IMG/VR virus record: IMGVR_UViG_3300025653_000180
Location: 1 to 29,855 of that record
Reading direction: 5' to 3' (one strand)
Origin: a virus
Taxonomy: Duplodnaviria > Caudoviricetes
Length of the DNA stretch: 29,855 nt
The position numbers were made by a program, and so were the translations under genes. Positions 17,581-25,092 of this stretch are shown one piece after another (the first letter of the stretch is position 1; the number at the start of each line of letters is the position of its first letter). The notes below the pieces were generated by a model. The model did no database searches, had not been told where the DNA came from, and saw only the letters and a list, made by a program, of their open reading frames with translations.

Positions 17581-17612
17581 GGACCAGTGTATTAATCACT
17601 GGTCCCATATTA
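17581..17612 (-). promoter_or_regulatory. Leader hairpin plus adjacent -10 box
   Basis: Perfect 9-bp inverted repeat GGACCAGTG-TATTAAT-CACTGGTCC (17581-17605) 3 nt from the ATG. TAATAT lies at 17612-17607. Confidence 0.6.
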
Positions 17613-17641
17613 CTCTAATTAATGATCAATAACTAAATTGA

Positions 17642-18412
17642 TCAAGAAACAGTGCGATAAGGCAAGTATTGCTCCATGTCGTCATACTCAACAGCCACAT
17701 CGGGACGGATAAAGCAGACTTCGCAAAGGATGTAACCGGTGCGACCAGCGTCTTTATCAGCATCAGAGATTGCCCAACCACCGTTAGTAGAGGTGGAGTT
17801 AGTGGCAGCCTTGGAGTAAACGCGGAAGGTGGTATCAGTGGTGTACTCCTTATACAGCATTGGAGCCGTTAAGGTAGTAGCAGTCTGGAAGGGGTTAGCG
17901 CCCAGGCCAGCAGCACCAGCTGCGATGTTGTTAGAGGTAGCGGTCAGGTTTGCACCCTGGACAACACCAGAGAAGCTAACAGGAGCACTAGCAGTACCAG
18001 GACCAAAACCGATGACTTGAGTAGCACCAGAGGTGGTCAGGCCGTCTTCAGCAACGCGACCATCGTCCCAGCCAGAGGCCACGGAAATAGCAGCGCGATA
18101 CACATAAGCAGGACGAGCACTATCAGCGGTAAGAGTCATACCGGTGATGTTGGTGCGGGTGTCGTCATTCTTATAAGGGGAAGGAATGATGACATCAGCA
18201 ACGGTGGTATAGCCGTCACCAGTAGCAGTGGTAACAGGCACATAACCACGCAGTTGATAAAACTGCCAGCCAGGGTTGGCCAGAACCGAAGTCGGGCCAC
18301 CCTTTGAAGCATCGTTGCTGCCACTATCGTTGGTGTCAATATTTTTGTACCAACCATTCAGGGGCTCAGTCATGTCCCCTGGATAGATTTTCTTAGCAGA
18401 TAAGTATGCCAT
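17642..18412 (-). CDS. Abundant structural protein (capsid decoration or tail subunit)
   Basis: 256-aa T/A/G-rich ORF directly after the major capsid gene, sharing its C-ending codon bias. Confidence 0.65.
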   Translation of the reverse strand: MAYLSAKKIYPGDMTEPLNGWYKNIDTNDSGSNDASKGGPTSVLANPGWQFYQLRGYVPVTTATGDGYTTVADVIIPSPYKNDDTRTNITGMTLTADSARPAYVYRAAISVASGWDDGRVAEDGLTTSGATQVIGFGPGTASAPVSFSGVVQGANLTATSNNIAAGAAGLGANPFQTATTLTAPMLYKEYTTDTTFRVYSKAATNSTSTNGGWAISDADKDAGRTGYILCEVCFIRPDVAVEYDDMEQYLPYRTVS

Positions 18413-18447
18413 TTACTTTCTCAATAGAGGTTTACTTTTATTTTTTA

Positions 18448-19611
18448 TCAGATATCGCCGTCATCTTGAACGAAGCTAAATGCAGTCGTGATGAAGTCCT
18501 TATTCAGAATTTCGAAACCAGCATAGAGCTGCCAGATAAGAATGATGAACCGGCTAAAGTCATCGTTGTTATTGATGAGCACCTGAGCATTGGGGCCGCC
18601 AATACCAACACCAACGGACTGAGGACCGAAGAAGTAACCTTGAGCAACTTCCTGAGAAGAGTAGGTGCTACCAGCATCAAACGAAGCAGTAACATTCTTG
18701 GTAGGGAAGTTAGTCGACTCGAAGAACTTAACGCCTTCAAACTGAACGCCAGTAGGCATCACAGGTTCACCAGCCAGGAAATAACCTTGTCCAGCCTGGG
18801 GACCCATATAGAAGCTGGAGTTGTTAGGCATCATGGGGTTGCCCATGTACATGCCTTGACCAGGATTACCAGAGTAACGAGCGATTTCGCGGAAGTCAGG
18901 ATCACGACGCAGATGCATCATGAAGACGGGATCGCAAATACAACGATACAGACCGTCAGCGAAGGTAGGAACGTTGCGCTTACGCAGATCCTTGACGACT
19001 TCTAAAAGGTCAGTGCGAACAGAGAACTGTTGAACTTGAGCGCCATATTCAGCAACGGTGTAAGACACGCGGCCGCTAGAATCTTTGGCTTTATCGCCAG
19101 CAAAATAGTAACCACCTTGAGTAGAAGAGGCTTGACCATTTGCTTCTGCTTTGGCGAGTTCATCAATGAACACGCGGTCACGCCAACGACGATAATCGTC
19201 TAACAGGGTCAGAGAGCCGATGCTCTGATGGAACATGTTCAGGTTGCCGGTATCAAGCAGCAAACGCTGAGCAGTAATCAGAGTTTCACGAGCAATCTTA
19301 AAGGTAGAAGGCTGAGTAGGATCACCCGGATCTGCAGGGCCGGTGTACTCTTTCAGCACAACAAGCACCTTCTCCTTGGTGATGTTGCGGCTGTTAGCAG
19401 TACCAATCGTTTGATCAGAGATACGCTCACGGCTATCCTTGGTGCCGGGCGATCCCCAGAATTTATAACGATCAAGCTGAACCGTTTGGCCAGGTTGAGA
19501 AGTGAAGTCGTGGACAACCACGGGCTCAACCGCCATCTCGCAAATGTAAGCAGGATGCGGACGGTAAAGCTCCGCACCTAAAATCTTAGGAAAATCGTTG
19601 TCTAAGAACAC
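18448..19611 (-). CDS. Major capsid protein
   Basis: 387 aa, GTG start with GGAGG SD, downstream of portal and scaffold. It has HK97-type features such as DFTSQPGQTVQL..Y, LKEY, LLEVVKDLRKRNVP...YRCICDP...HLRRD and GVQFEGVKFFEST. Confidence 0.85.
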   Translation of the reverse strand: MFLDNDFPKILGAELYRPHPAYICEMAVEPVVVHDFTSQPGQTVQLDRYKFWGSPGTKDSRERISDQTIGTANSRNITKEKVLVVLKEYTGPADPGDPTQPSTFKIARETLITAQRLLLDTGNLNMFHQSIGSLTLLDDYRRWRDRVFIDELAKAEANGQASSTQGGYYFAGDKAKDSSGRVSYTVAEYGAQVQQFSVRTDLLEVVKDLRKRNVPTFADGLYRCICDPVFMMHLRRDPDFREIARYSGNPGQGMYMGNPMMPNNSSFYMGPQAGQGYFLAGEPVMPTGVQFEGVKFFESTNFPTKNVTASFDAGSTYSSQEVAQGYFFGPQSVGVGIGGPNAQVLINNNDDFSRFIILIWQLYAGFEILNKDFITTAFSFVQDDGDI

Positions 19612-19684
19612 TTTCTTTTATCCTCCAGTGTCGCCGGATTAGTTTGTCAGATTAAAGATCGGACAAAAGTCCTATCTAATGAAA

Positions 19685-19695
19685 ATTTTAGCAGT
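19685..19695 (-). promoter_or_regulatory. Extended -10 promoter ACTGCTAAAAT for the capsid gene
   Basis: TGn-TAAAAT about 75 nt upstream of the capsid start. ACTGCTA is shared with the site upstream of the portal. Confidence 0.55.
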
Positions 19696-19714
19696 CTTAA
19701 ATATTAAGTACTAC

Positions 19715-20239
19715 TTAATACATACGCATAGCAGGCATTTGCATGCTCATACGTGAATTGGATGTGTTACTGGAACCAGGGGCTTCTGGATCAATGGCAA
19801 GACCAGCCATGTTACCTACTGCACTAATAGCTTGACCTGCAGCCATACCACCAAGACCGGCAGCAGCAGCACTAGCAGGAACTAAACCAACGGCAGCGGC
19901 TTTAGCCATGCCACGTTCAGTGGCCTGTTGGGCCATCTGAGGAATCATTTCAGCTGTATTTAACAATGCAGACTGACGCATTCCTCCGTCACGCATTGTT
20001 GCAGCTGATTCAAGTAAAGCATCCGAGGCATTCGCTGCTTTAGTTTGTAAACCAGCAACTAATCCTGGAGCATACTTACCAGCCAATTCCCTAGCTGCAA
20101 GTAGGCCAGCAGCACCGCCAAGGGTGCCAGCAACGCCAGCACCCAAAGAAGCAATAGGATCTTCGCCTTCTCTAGCAGCTAATCCTGCAGCGCCTAAACC
20201 AACAGCTGCAGGAATGCCATACTTAAGACGATTACGCAT
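19715..20239 (-). CDS. Ala/Gly-rich hydrophobic protein
   Basis: ATG at 20239 just after the scaffold stop, with several glycine-zipper-like hydrophobic segments. Confidence 0.7.
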   Translation of the reverse strand: MRNRLKYGIPAAVGLGAAGLAAREGEDPIASLGAGVAGTLGGAAGLLAARELAGKYAPGLVAGLQTKAANASDALLESAATMRDGGMRQSALLNTAEMIPQMAQQATERGMAKAAAVGLVPASAAAAGLGGMAAGQAISAVGNMAGLAIDPEAPGSSNTSNSRMSMQMPAMRMY

Positions 20240-20243
20240 TAGA

Positions 20244-21224
20244 TCACTCCATAACAAATAATTTATTAGCCATGGTGCGAGGATCTGCCTGGTTGATCAC
20301 ACGCCATGCTTGGGTAGGATCAACATCCATTTGTTGCTTGAAAGCACCCCAGAAATCACCAGGTTGTTGGGGAGCTTCTGCTTGAGGGGGAGCAGGCATT
20401 TGGTCATAAGCCTGAGGAGCTGCAGTGGGATAACCAGGTGCAACAAGTTCAGCTTCAGATTCATACACAGGGTATGGACCTTCAGGACCAAAGAAAGTCA
20501 ACGTATAGTCAGACAGAACATCAGGATTAGTCAGGATCTCGTTATAAGCAAGATTCTCTTGATGCTCATTTACCATGAAATTAGCAGCACGACCAAAAGC
20601 TTCTTGTGCTTCATCACCCCAAACAAGGGCACTATCGAGCATTCCTTCGAGATTTAGTGCGTACTGGTTTAGAATTGCCGGAGCCTCCGTTCCGTAATTC
20701 TCCACTACCATCCGGCTCTCCGGACTCCAATTCAGGAGATCCGCTACGTCCGCCAAGGAGCTGACTGAGTAGGTTTGGGAAGAGTTGGGCGATGATGTCT
20801 GGCTTGTCTGCGAGATCTGCTGAGCCGATTGTTCCCAAGTTTGTGCCGGGGCTTGAGGTGCCTGAGTACCCCAGTTGGCCTGGGAATACTGAGTCGGAGC
20901 CACTGCCGGGGCCTGTGATGGTTGACCCTGGAACGGGGATTGAACCGGGCTCCCCAACAGGTTCACCACCTTGTTGAATGCCGACTCCCATGGGTTCCCC
21001 GCCTCCGAAACCTGGGATTGGGGGGCGGATACTGACGGGGCTGATTGGTAACTGGTAGTTCCCTGTGGTGCTGCCTGGGGCACCGCCTGGGGGTAATACG
21101 TCCCCACTGGTGCCTGGGTCGGTGCTGCCGGAGCCGGAGCTGCCGGTGCTGCCGCCACGTAATTGCTCGGGGCCACTGACTGGGGGCTCGTCTGTGGGAT
21201 CGATTGGACGGTAGCGTCCTGCAT
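20244..21224 (-). CDS. Putative capsid scaffolding protein
   Basis: 326 aa with a P/Q/A/S-rich N-half and an acidic helical C-half, between portal and capsid. AAGGAG SD precedes ATG 21224. Confidence 0.7.
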   Translation of the reverse strand: MQDATVQSIPQTSPQSVAPSNYVAAAPAAPAPAAPTQAPVGTYYPQAVPQAAPQGTTSYQSAPSVSAPQSQVSEAGNPWESAFNKVVNLLGSPVQSPFQGQPSQAPAVAPTQYSQANWGTQAPQAPAQTWEQSAQQISQTSQTSSPNSSQTYSVSSLADVADLLNWSPESRMVVENYGTEAPAILNQYALNLEGMLDSALVWGDEAQEAFGRAANFMVNEHQENLAYNEILTNPDVLSDYTLTFFGPEGPYPVYESEAELVAPGYPTAAPQAYDQMPAPPQAEAPQQPGDFWGAFKQQMDVDPTQAWRVINQADPRTMANKLFVME

Positions 21225-22998
21225 AACTCATCTCCTTTTGTAACGCTTCTAAGGTTCGATACAGATAAGGTGTAAGGTCCAATCTTGGATCAGCTGCCAT
21301 TGGCAAGTCTGGAGATTGAGGATGGGGTGTCTGCATCATCCCCCCAACCAAACGAGAAAACTGGTTAAAAGCACCTTGTAACTCGTTGACCATCCTGAAC
21401 GGAAAGCCGGATAGCATCTCCGCTCTTTCCTCATCAGTTTTTGATGGGAAAAGATATTTCAGTGCTTCAATGCTATCAACCCCTAACTCCTGTAAGTTAC
21501 GGACAACAATAGAGTTGTTCAGGATATCTTGCGTTGACTCTTCATATACAGGGCCAAGCCAACGCCATAACATAGTAATATCACCGTCAGGAATTAAACC
21601 CTTTACACCAGGGGGAATCATCTTGGCTTCAACACAAGCCATCAACAAATCTTTCAGCATGGATTCATATTGATCCATCGCTTGTTTATAAAGCATTTCC
21701 TCTTCTTCACTTGCATTTTCTTCTGGTGCAATAGGTTTTTCAAACTTTGCAGCAGCAGCAAGTGTATCTTTAAACATCTGCTCTTCTTGATATACAATCA
21801 GTTCAAGACAACGGCAGATACCATGAGTGTAAATAGAATTTGCTTTTTTCTTTGATGTTGCAGCAACACGTCCGAATAATGATTTGTATTCAGTTGCTGT
21901 AACACCTGCACTAATGGATAGTTCATCAACACCACCTAAAGCAGTGCGAATCTCTTCCCTGAACTGACGAACAAATGCATTCTGATCTCCAGAGATTGCA
22001 TCAGGGACAATATAACCAACTCGATCATTAGGCTCAAGATTAGCAATCACCCGTGGAACACGAAGCTGACCATCGACGCCACGGCTAATAGGATCTTGTT
22101 TAAAAGTAGATCTCGACATCGGAGACATACTTTGGAATCCTGAATTTGCTGCAATAGAAGGACGTTGAGGACCGCTATCGGCATTGCCTGGTTCTAAAAG
22201 ATCTGTCTTAGGACGAGAAGATAATAAAGTTGGATTACCAAAGAACTGTAAGTTCTTTCGCATATTACGAACTAAATCATCATGGATAATGATGTGATTA
22301 GCAAGCTGGTCAAATTCACCACTACCGTCCATGGTGAAACCCTTGGGGTTGTTAAAGATTTCTACGCAAGGAATGAAACGAAGTTGATTTTTAAACTTTT
22401 TAGTTTTACCAGGCATTGTTGCACTGATATTGTCAAATGAAATTTCACCTTCTGAGTGAGTTTCTTCAATAGTATTTGCTTTAATTGAAAGTCGAATATA
22501 ACGTTTTTGTCCAGGGGTATTAAATCCCATACCAGCTTGAGATTGAGCACAAGGAGTATCAATGCCACCCAGGCCAATATCTTGATAAATGCCTCCTTTC
22601 CCTTTCTTTACCTTATAGCTATAGATGATGACAACTTCTTCTAATTCACCATCAACGTTGTAATAGCTTCGATACTCATGGCTACGGAAATAATAGAGAC
22701 GATAATTATTTTTAGTAGGCCGGATATAAAAAATCCCCTTTCCATCACATAGGAAATAATCCCATATTGAATCAAGACGCGTATCTAATTTGTTATATTT
22801 GATAACTTTGTCAATAAAATCTTTGCGCTGATTACCAAAGTTATCTTGTGCTGGAAAGTATTCGACGCCTTGGCGAATACCAAAAAGTTTCATTTGCGCA
22901 AGATGACTTGCAACAATACCAGTATCAACATACTCTCCACCGTCTCGCTCGATGTACGAGTTAATAATTTCTTTTAAACGAGACTTAGCGTCGGACAT
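20632..22998 (-). CDS. Portal protein with long G/S/P-rich C-terminal tail
   Basis: 788 aa, between TerL and scaffold/capsid. Portal-like features include D.LCDGKG..Y, N.L.FIPCVEI.N, GEF..L...I..HD and W..V...ST.D. Confidence 0.8.
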   Translation of the reverse strand: MSDAKSRLKEIINSYIERDGGEYVDTGIVASHLAQMKLFGIRQGVEYFPAQDNFGNQRKDFIDKVIKYNKLDTRLDSIWDYFLCDGKGIFYIRPTKNNYRLYYFRSHEYRSYYNVDGELEEVVIIYSYKVKKGKGGIYQDIGLGGIDTPCAQSQAGMGFNTPGQKRYIRLSIKANTIEETHSEGEISFDNISATMPGKTKKFKNQLRFIPCVEIFNNPKGFTMDGSGEFDQLANHIIIHDDLVRNMRKNLQFFGNPTLLSSRPKTDLLEPGNADSGPQRPSIAANSGFQSMSPMSRSTFKQDPISRGVDGQLRVPRVIANLEPNDRVGYIVPDAISGDQNAFVRQFREEIRTALGGVDELSISAGVTATEYKSLFGRVAATSKKKANSIYTHGICRCLELIVYQEEQMFKDTLAAAAKFEKPIAPEENASEEEEMLYKQAMDQYESMLKDLLMACVEAKMIPPGVKGLIPDGDITMLWRWLGPVYEESTQDILNNSIVVRNLQELGVDSIEALKYLFPSKTDEERAEMLSGFPFRMVNELQGAFNQFSRLVGGMMQTPHPQSPDLPMAADPRLDLTPYLYRTLEALQKEMSYAGRYRPIDPTDEPPVSGPEQLRGGSTGSSGSGSTDPGTSGDVLPPGGAPGSTTGNYQLPISPVSIRPPIPGFGGGEPMGVGIQQGGEPVGEPGSIPVPGSTITGPGSGSDSVFPGQLGYSGTSSPGTNLGTIGSADLADKPDIIAQLFPNLLSQLLGGRSGSPELESGEPDGSGELRNGGSGNSKPVRTKSRRNAR

Positions 22999-23026
22999 TT
23001 ACTACTTACCAGCCCTTTGTTTATAC

Positions 23027-23037
23027 ATCCTAGCAGT
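23027..23037 (-). promoter_or_regulatory. Extended -10 promoter ACTGCTAGGAT for the portal gene
   Basis: TGn-TAGGAT about 29 nt upstream of ATG 22998. Confidence 0.5.
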
Positions 23038-23129
23038 TGCTACGAAATTTTGTTAAGATAAAAGCCCGACAAACCCTCTATGGTTTCTCTGCATGTAATT
23101 GCAAATACTTTTCAATTACATGCAAATAT

Positions 23130-23333
23130 TTAATTTTTATTTTTATATCTTCTAGCTGCTCTGCTAGCTTTCTTTGCTTTCTCTGTATTAGGGACAAACT
23201 GTTTTCCTTTACGAGAACCTTCTCGTTTTTTACGATCAGTATCTTCCCTTTCTTTTTTAGAAAGAGAAGCCCATGCTTTCTTGGGAAGGTAACGTTTGGT
23301 TGTGCCGTCTGGTTGCCGTGCGCGTTCAGCCAT
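23130..23333 (-). CDS. Small basic protein (RYLPKKAW...KQFVPNT family)
   Basis: 67 aa and K/R-rich. It resembles the C-terminal half of proteins whose N-terminal half is the GGKPG.WSARKAQ domain. Confidence 0.8.
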   Translation of the reverse strand: MAERARQPDGTTKRYLPKKAWASLSKKEREDTDRKKREGSRKGKQFVPNTEKAKKASRAARRYKNKN

Positions 23334-23334
23334 T

Positions 23335-23775
23335 TTAAATATGCTTCCAGGTTCTTCTATTTACAATTGCTGAAATGGTGTTGTGATCTACTCCATATAG
23401 TCTACCTAATTGTCTCACTCCACATCCTTTTTCTTTTAAGTCTCTAATTTTTAAAACTTGCTCTTCGGTTAATTTTGAACTTGCTACTTTTTCTCCTTTT
23501 GCATGTTGCATTTCTCTTGTATTTTCAGCAAGAAGTTTCCAAGTGACATTACCAGGTTCATAGTTTCCTTTGTCTCCTTTACGTGCAAGAACATGGCCTT
23601 CTGGACGCTCACCCATGTCCTCTAAAAAATTTGAATATTTATCCCAGCGTTCACATATGGTTACTCCTTTTCCTCCCCAATATTTAAAACCTTTAGCATT
23701 TTTATCCAAGCAACGCGATCTCATAGAACGCCAACTATTATACGTCGGCGTTCTTCCTTTTGCATCCGTTTTCAT
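23335..23775 (-). CDS. Free-standing HNH-type homing endonuclease with C-terminal HTH
   Basis: TYNSWRSMRSRC, YWGGKGVTICERW..Y.NFLEDMGERP, GNYEPGNVTW, SKLTEEQVLKIR and the HTH LGRLYGVDHNTISAIVNRRTWKH. It has an ATGA overlap with the upstream gene. Confidence 0.85.
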   Translation of the reverse strand: MKTDAKGRTPTYNSWRSMRSRCLDKNAKGFKYWGGKGVTICERWDKYSNFLEDMGERPEGHVLARKGDKGNYEPGNVTWKLLAENTREMQHAKGEKVASSKLTEEQVLKIRDLKEKGCGVRQLGRLYGVDHNTISAIVNRRTWKHI

Positions 23776-24083
23776 TTCTTGTCTTTAGCTCTCTTAGCTA
23801 CTTTAGCGGCTTTTCTTCCTTTTTCGTAATCATCTTTAGTACCCCATTTTTCACGGGTCCACTTGCTTAATTTCTTTTGTTCTTTACCTTTACCGCCTTT
23901 ATATCCGCCACCAGCTTTCTTATACTCGGAAGCAACGAGCTGCGCCTTTCTAGCCGAAATAATTAGTTAGCCTTACGGCTACGACCATTCTCCCGGTTTA
24001 CCGCCACGGCCTTCACGCATGACTTTGTTTTTAATGCGCTCACGCAAATCTGGTTTGGTGTACTTGCTTTTATCTTCAGCCAT
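23772..24083 (-). CDS. Small basic protein (DUF5872-like, WSARKAQ motif) interrupted by a 27-nt in-frame coding gap; 94 aa if bypassed
   Basis: GAGG SD and ATG 24083 give MAEDKSKYTKPDLRERIKNKVMREGRGGKPGEWS, then the gap, then ARKAQLVASEYKKAGGGYKGGKGKEQKKLSKWTREKWGTKDDYEKGRKAAKVAKRAKDKK*. Both halves are intact and in the same frame. Confidence 0.85.
23955..23984 (-). other. Putative programmed ribosomal bypassing (hop) element, T4 gene 60-like
   Basis: Take-off TCG (23984-23982), then TAG stop, then stem-loop TAGCC-GTAA-GGCTA, spacer ACTAATTATT and matching landing TCG (23957-23955). Confidence 0.8.
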
Positions 24084-24136
24084 AACTTCCTCGCTCTTTA
24101 AAATAAGTGACTGCGTTTGTCAATACATCTATATTA

Positions 24137-24373
24137 TCACCGTCTTAATTGTTCTAAGACTGCGTTGCGTTCTTTTGCTGTCTTACCAATATAATTCAAT
24201 GCATCTCCCATGCTTCTAGTTGATCCATCTGGATTATTTCCATATAAACCAGAACCACCTAAGGGTTGTTGTTCTAAACCACCGGTAATAGGACTAAATA
24301 GAGCATTACCATATTCCTGAAACCAAGGCAGATAGCGACCAGCAAGATCTCCAATTTGTTTAAAAAAATCCAT
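24137..24373 (-). CDS. Hypothetical protein
   Basis: 78-aa ORF starting 2 nt after the upstream stop. Confidence 0.55.
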   Translation of the reverse strand: MDFFKQIGDLAGRYLPWFQEYGNALFSPITGGLEQQPLGGSGLYGNNPDGSTRSMGDALNYIGKTAKERNAVLEQLRR

Positions 24374-24375
24374 GA

Positions 24376-24663
24376 TCAAGATACGTACTTATTGTGAAAA
24401 CCTGCAGGTGCATTTTGAATAATTTGCTGACCCATCTGAGGCCCCATATACATTGAATTCATTGGCGTTACTGGAAAAGCATCGGCCATCCGATAATTTC
24501 CTTGGCGAGGGGGAGGAGTAGAGCCACCACCAAAAGGACGGCCACCAGGAGCGACTGGCCAATAACGAGGATCGGTACTGGGAATAATTGGAGGTGGTGC
24601 GCCAGCGATTCCACCAAAGTTTCCGGCAGCACCGGGTACGTTGACTTGATTCCCGTAGTACAT
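24376..24663 (-). CDS. Pro/Gly-rich hypothetical protein
   Basis: 95-aa ORF with a TAGAAT box upstream. Confidence 0.6.
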   Translation of the reverse strand: MYYGNQVNVPGAAGNFGGIAGAPPPIIPSTDPRYWPVAPGGRPFGGGSTPPPRQGNYRMADAFPVTPMNSMYMGPQMGQQIIQNAPAGFHNKYVS

Positions 24664-24688
24664 CTTTTAGCTGTGATCTGGAACTATT

Positions 24689-24871
24689 CTAGTCTTCATT
24701 AATTTCATAATTGCTTTCATCACTTAGATTTTGAAGAATAATTCCATTACCTTTAATGTCCCAAGTAAGCAGGTCATCCTCTTTCCAGCAAAGAGTTTCA
24801 ATAACTTCTTCTGGAATTGGAAAAATTAGATCGCCATTTTCGTCTTCTGTTAACTCAATATAGTAGCTCAT
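24689..24871 (-). CDS. AbrB/MazE-like small DNA-binding protein
   Basis: EDENGDLIFPIPEEVIETLCWKEDDLLTW...GIIL fits the swapped-hairpin pattern (G.L.I.IP......L....GD.L). Confidence 0.65.
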   Translation of the reverse strand: MSYYIELTEDENGDLIFPIPEEVIETLCWKEDDLLTWDIKGNGIILQNLSDESNYEINED

Positions 24872-25092
24872 TTGGATAATACTTTTTCAACTAGTTTATC
24901 AAGTTTAACGTTAATTGCAATAAATTCATTGTTCATTTTTTCCATTTCTCTAATGTAGTCAATTTTTAATACATACTCGACAGGAAGTCTGTCGAGTTTA
25001 TTCTCTACCTCATGAAGTCTATTAAAAATTTTAGAAGTGAACCAACCACCGCCTGTAACTAATGCAATGACAGCAACTAAAACATGTTCCAT
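24868..25092 (-). CDS. Small membrane protein with coiled coil (possibly holin-like)
   Basis: N-terminal hydrophobic helix followed by heptad repeats, coupled to the TerL stop. Confidence 0.6.
   Translation of the reverse strand: MEHVLVAVIALVTGGGWFTSKIFNRLHEVENKLDRLPVEYVLKIDYIREMEKMNNEFIAINVKLDKLVEKVLSK

Noticed and set aside
18406-19581. Long plus-strand ORFs (18406..19005, 19228..19581) opposite the capsid gene
   Set aside because: These are antisense shadows expected from the biased codon usage of the capsid gene, with no recognisable motifs.
23955-23981. Insert explained as a self-splicing intron or as stop-codon reassignment
   Set aside because: 27 nt is far too short for a group I or II intron. 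The gap contains both TAG and TAA stops, and all three stop codons end ordinary genes in this window. Read-through would also add 9 residues inside the WSARK motif.
24019-24219. Plus-strand ORFs around the bypass locus (also 23037..23447 and 23570..23788)
   Set aside because: They are antisense to well-supported minus-strand genes and have no protein-like features.
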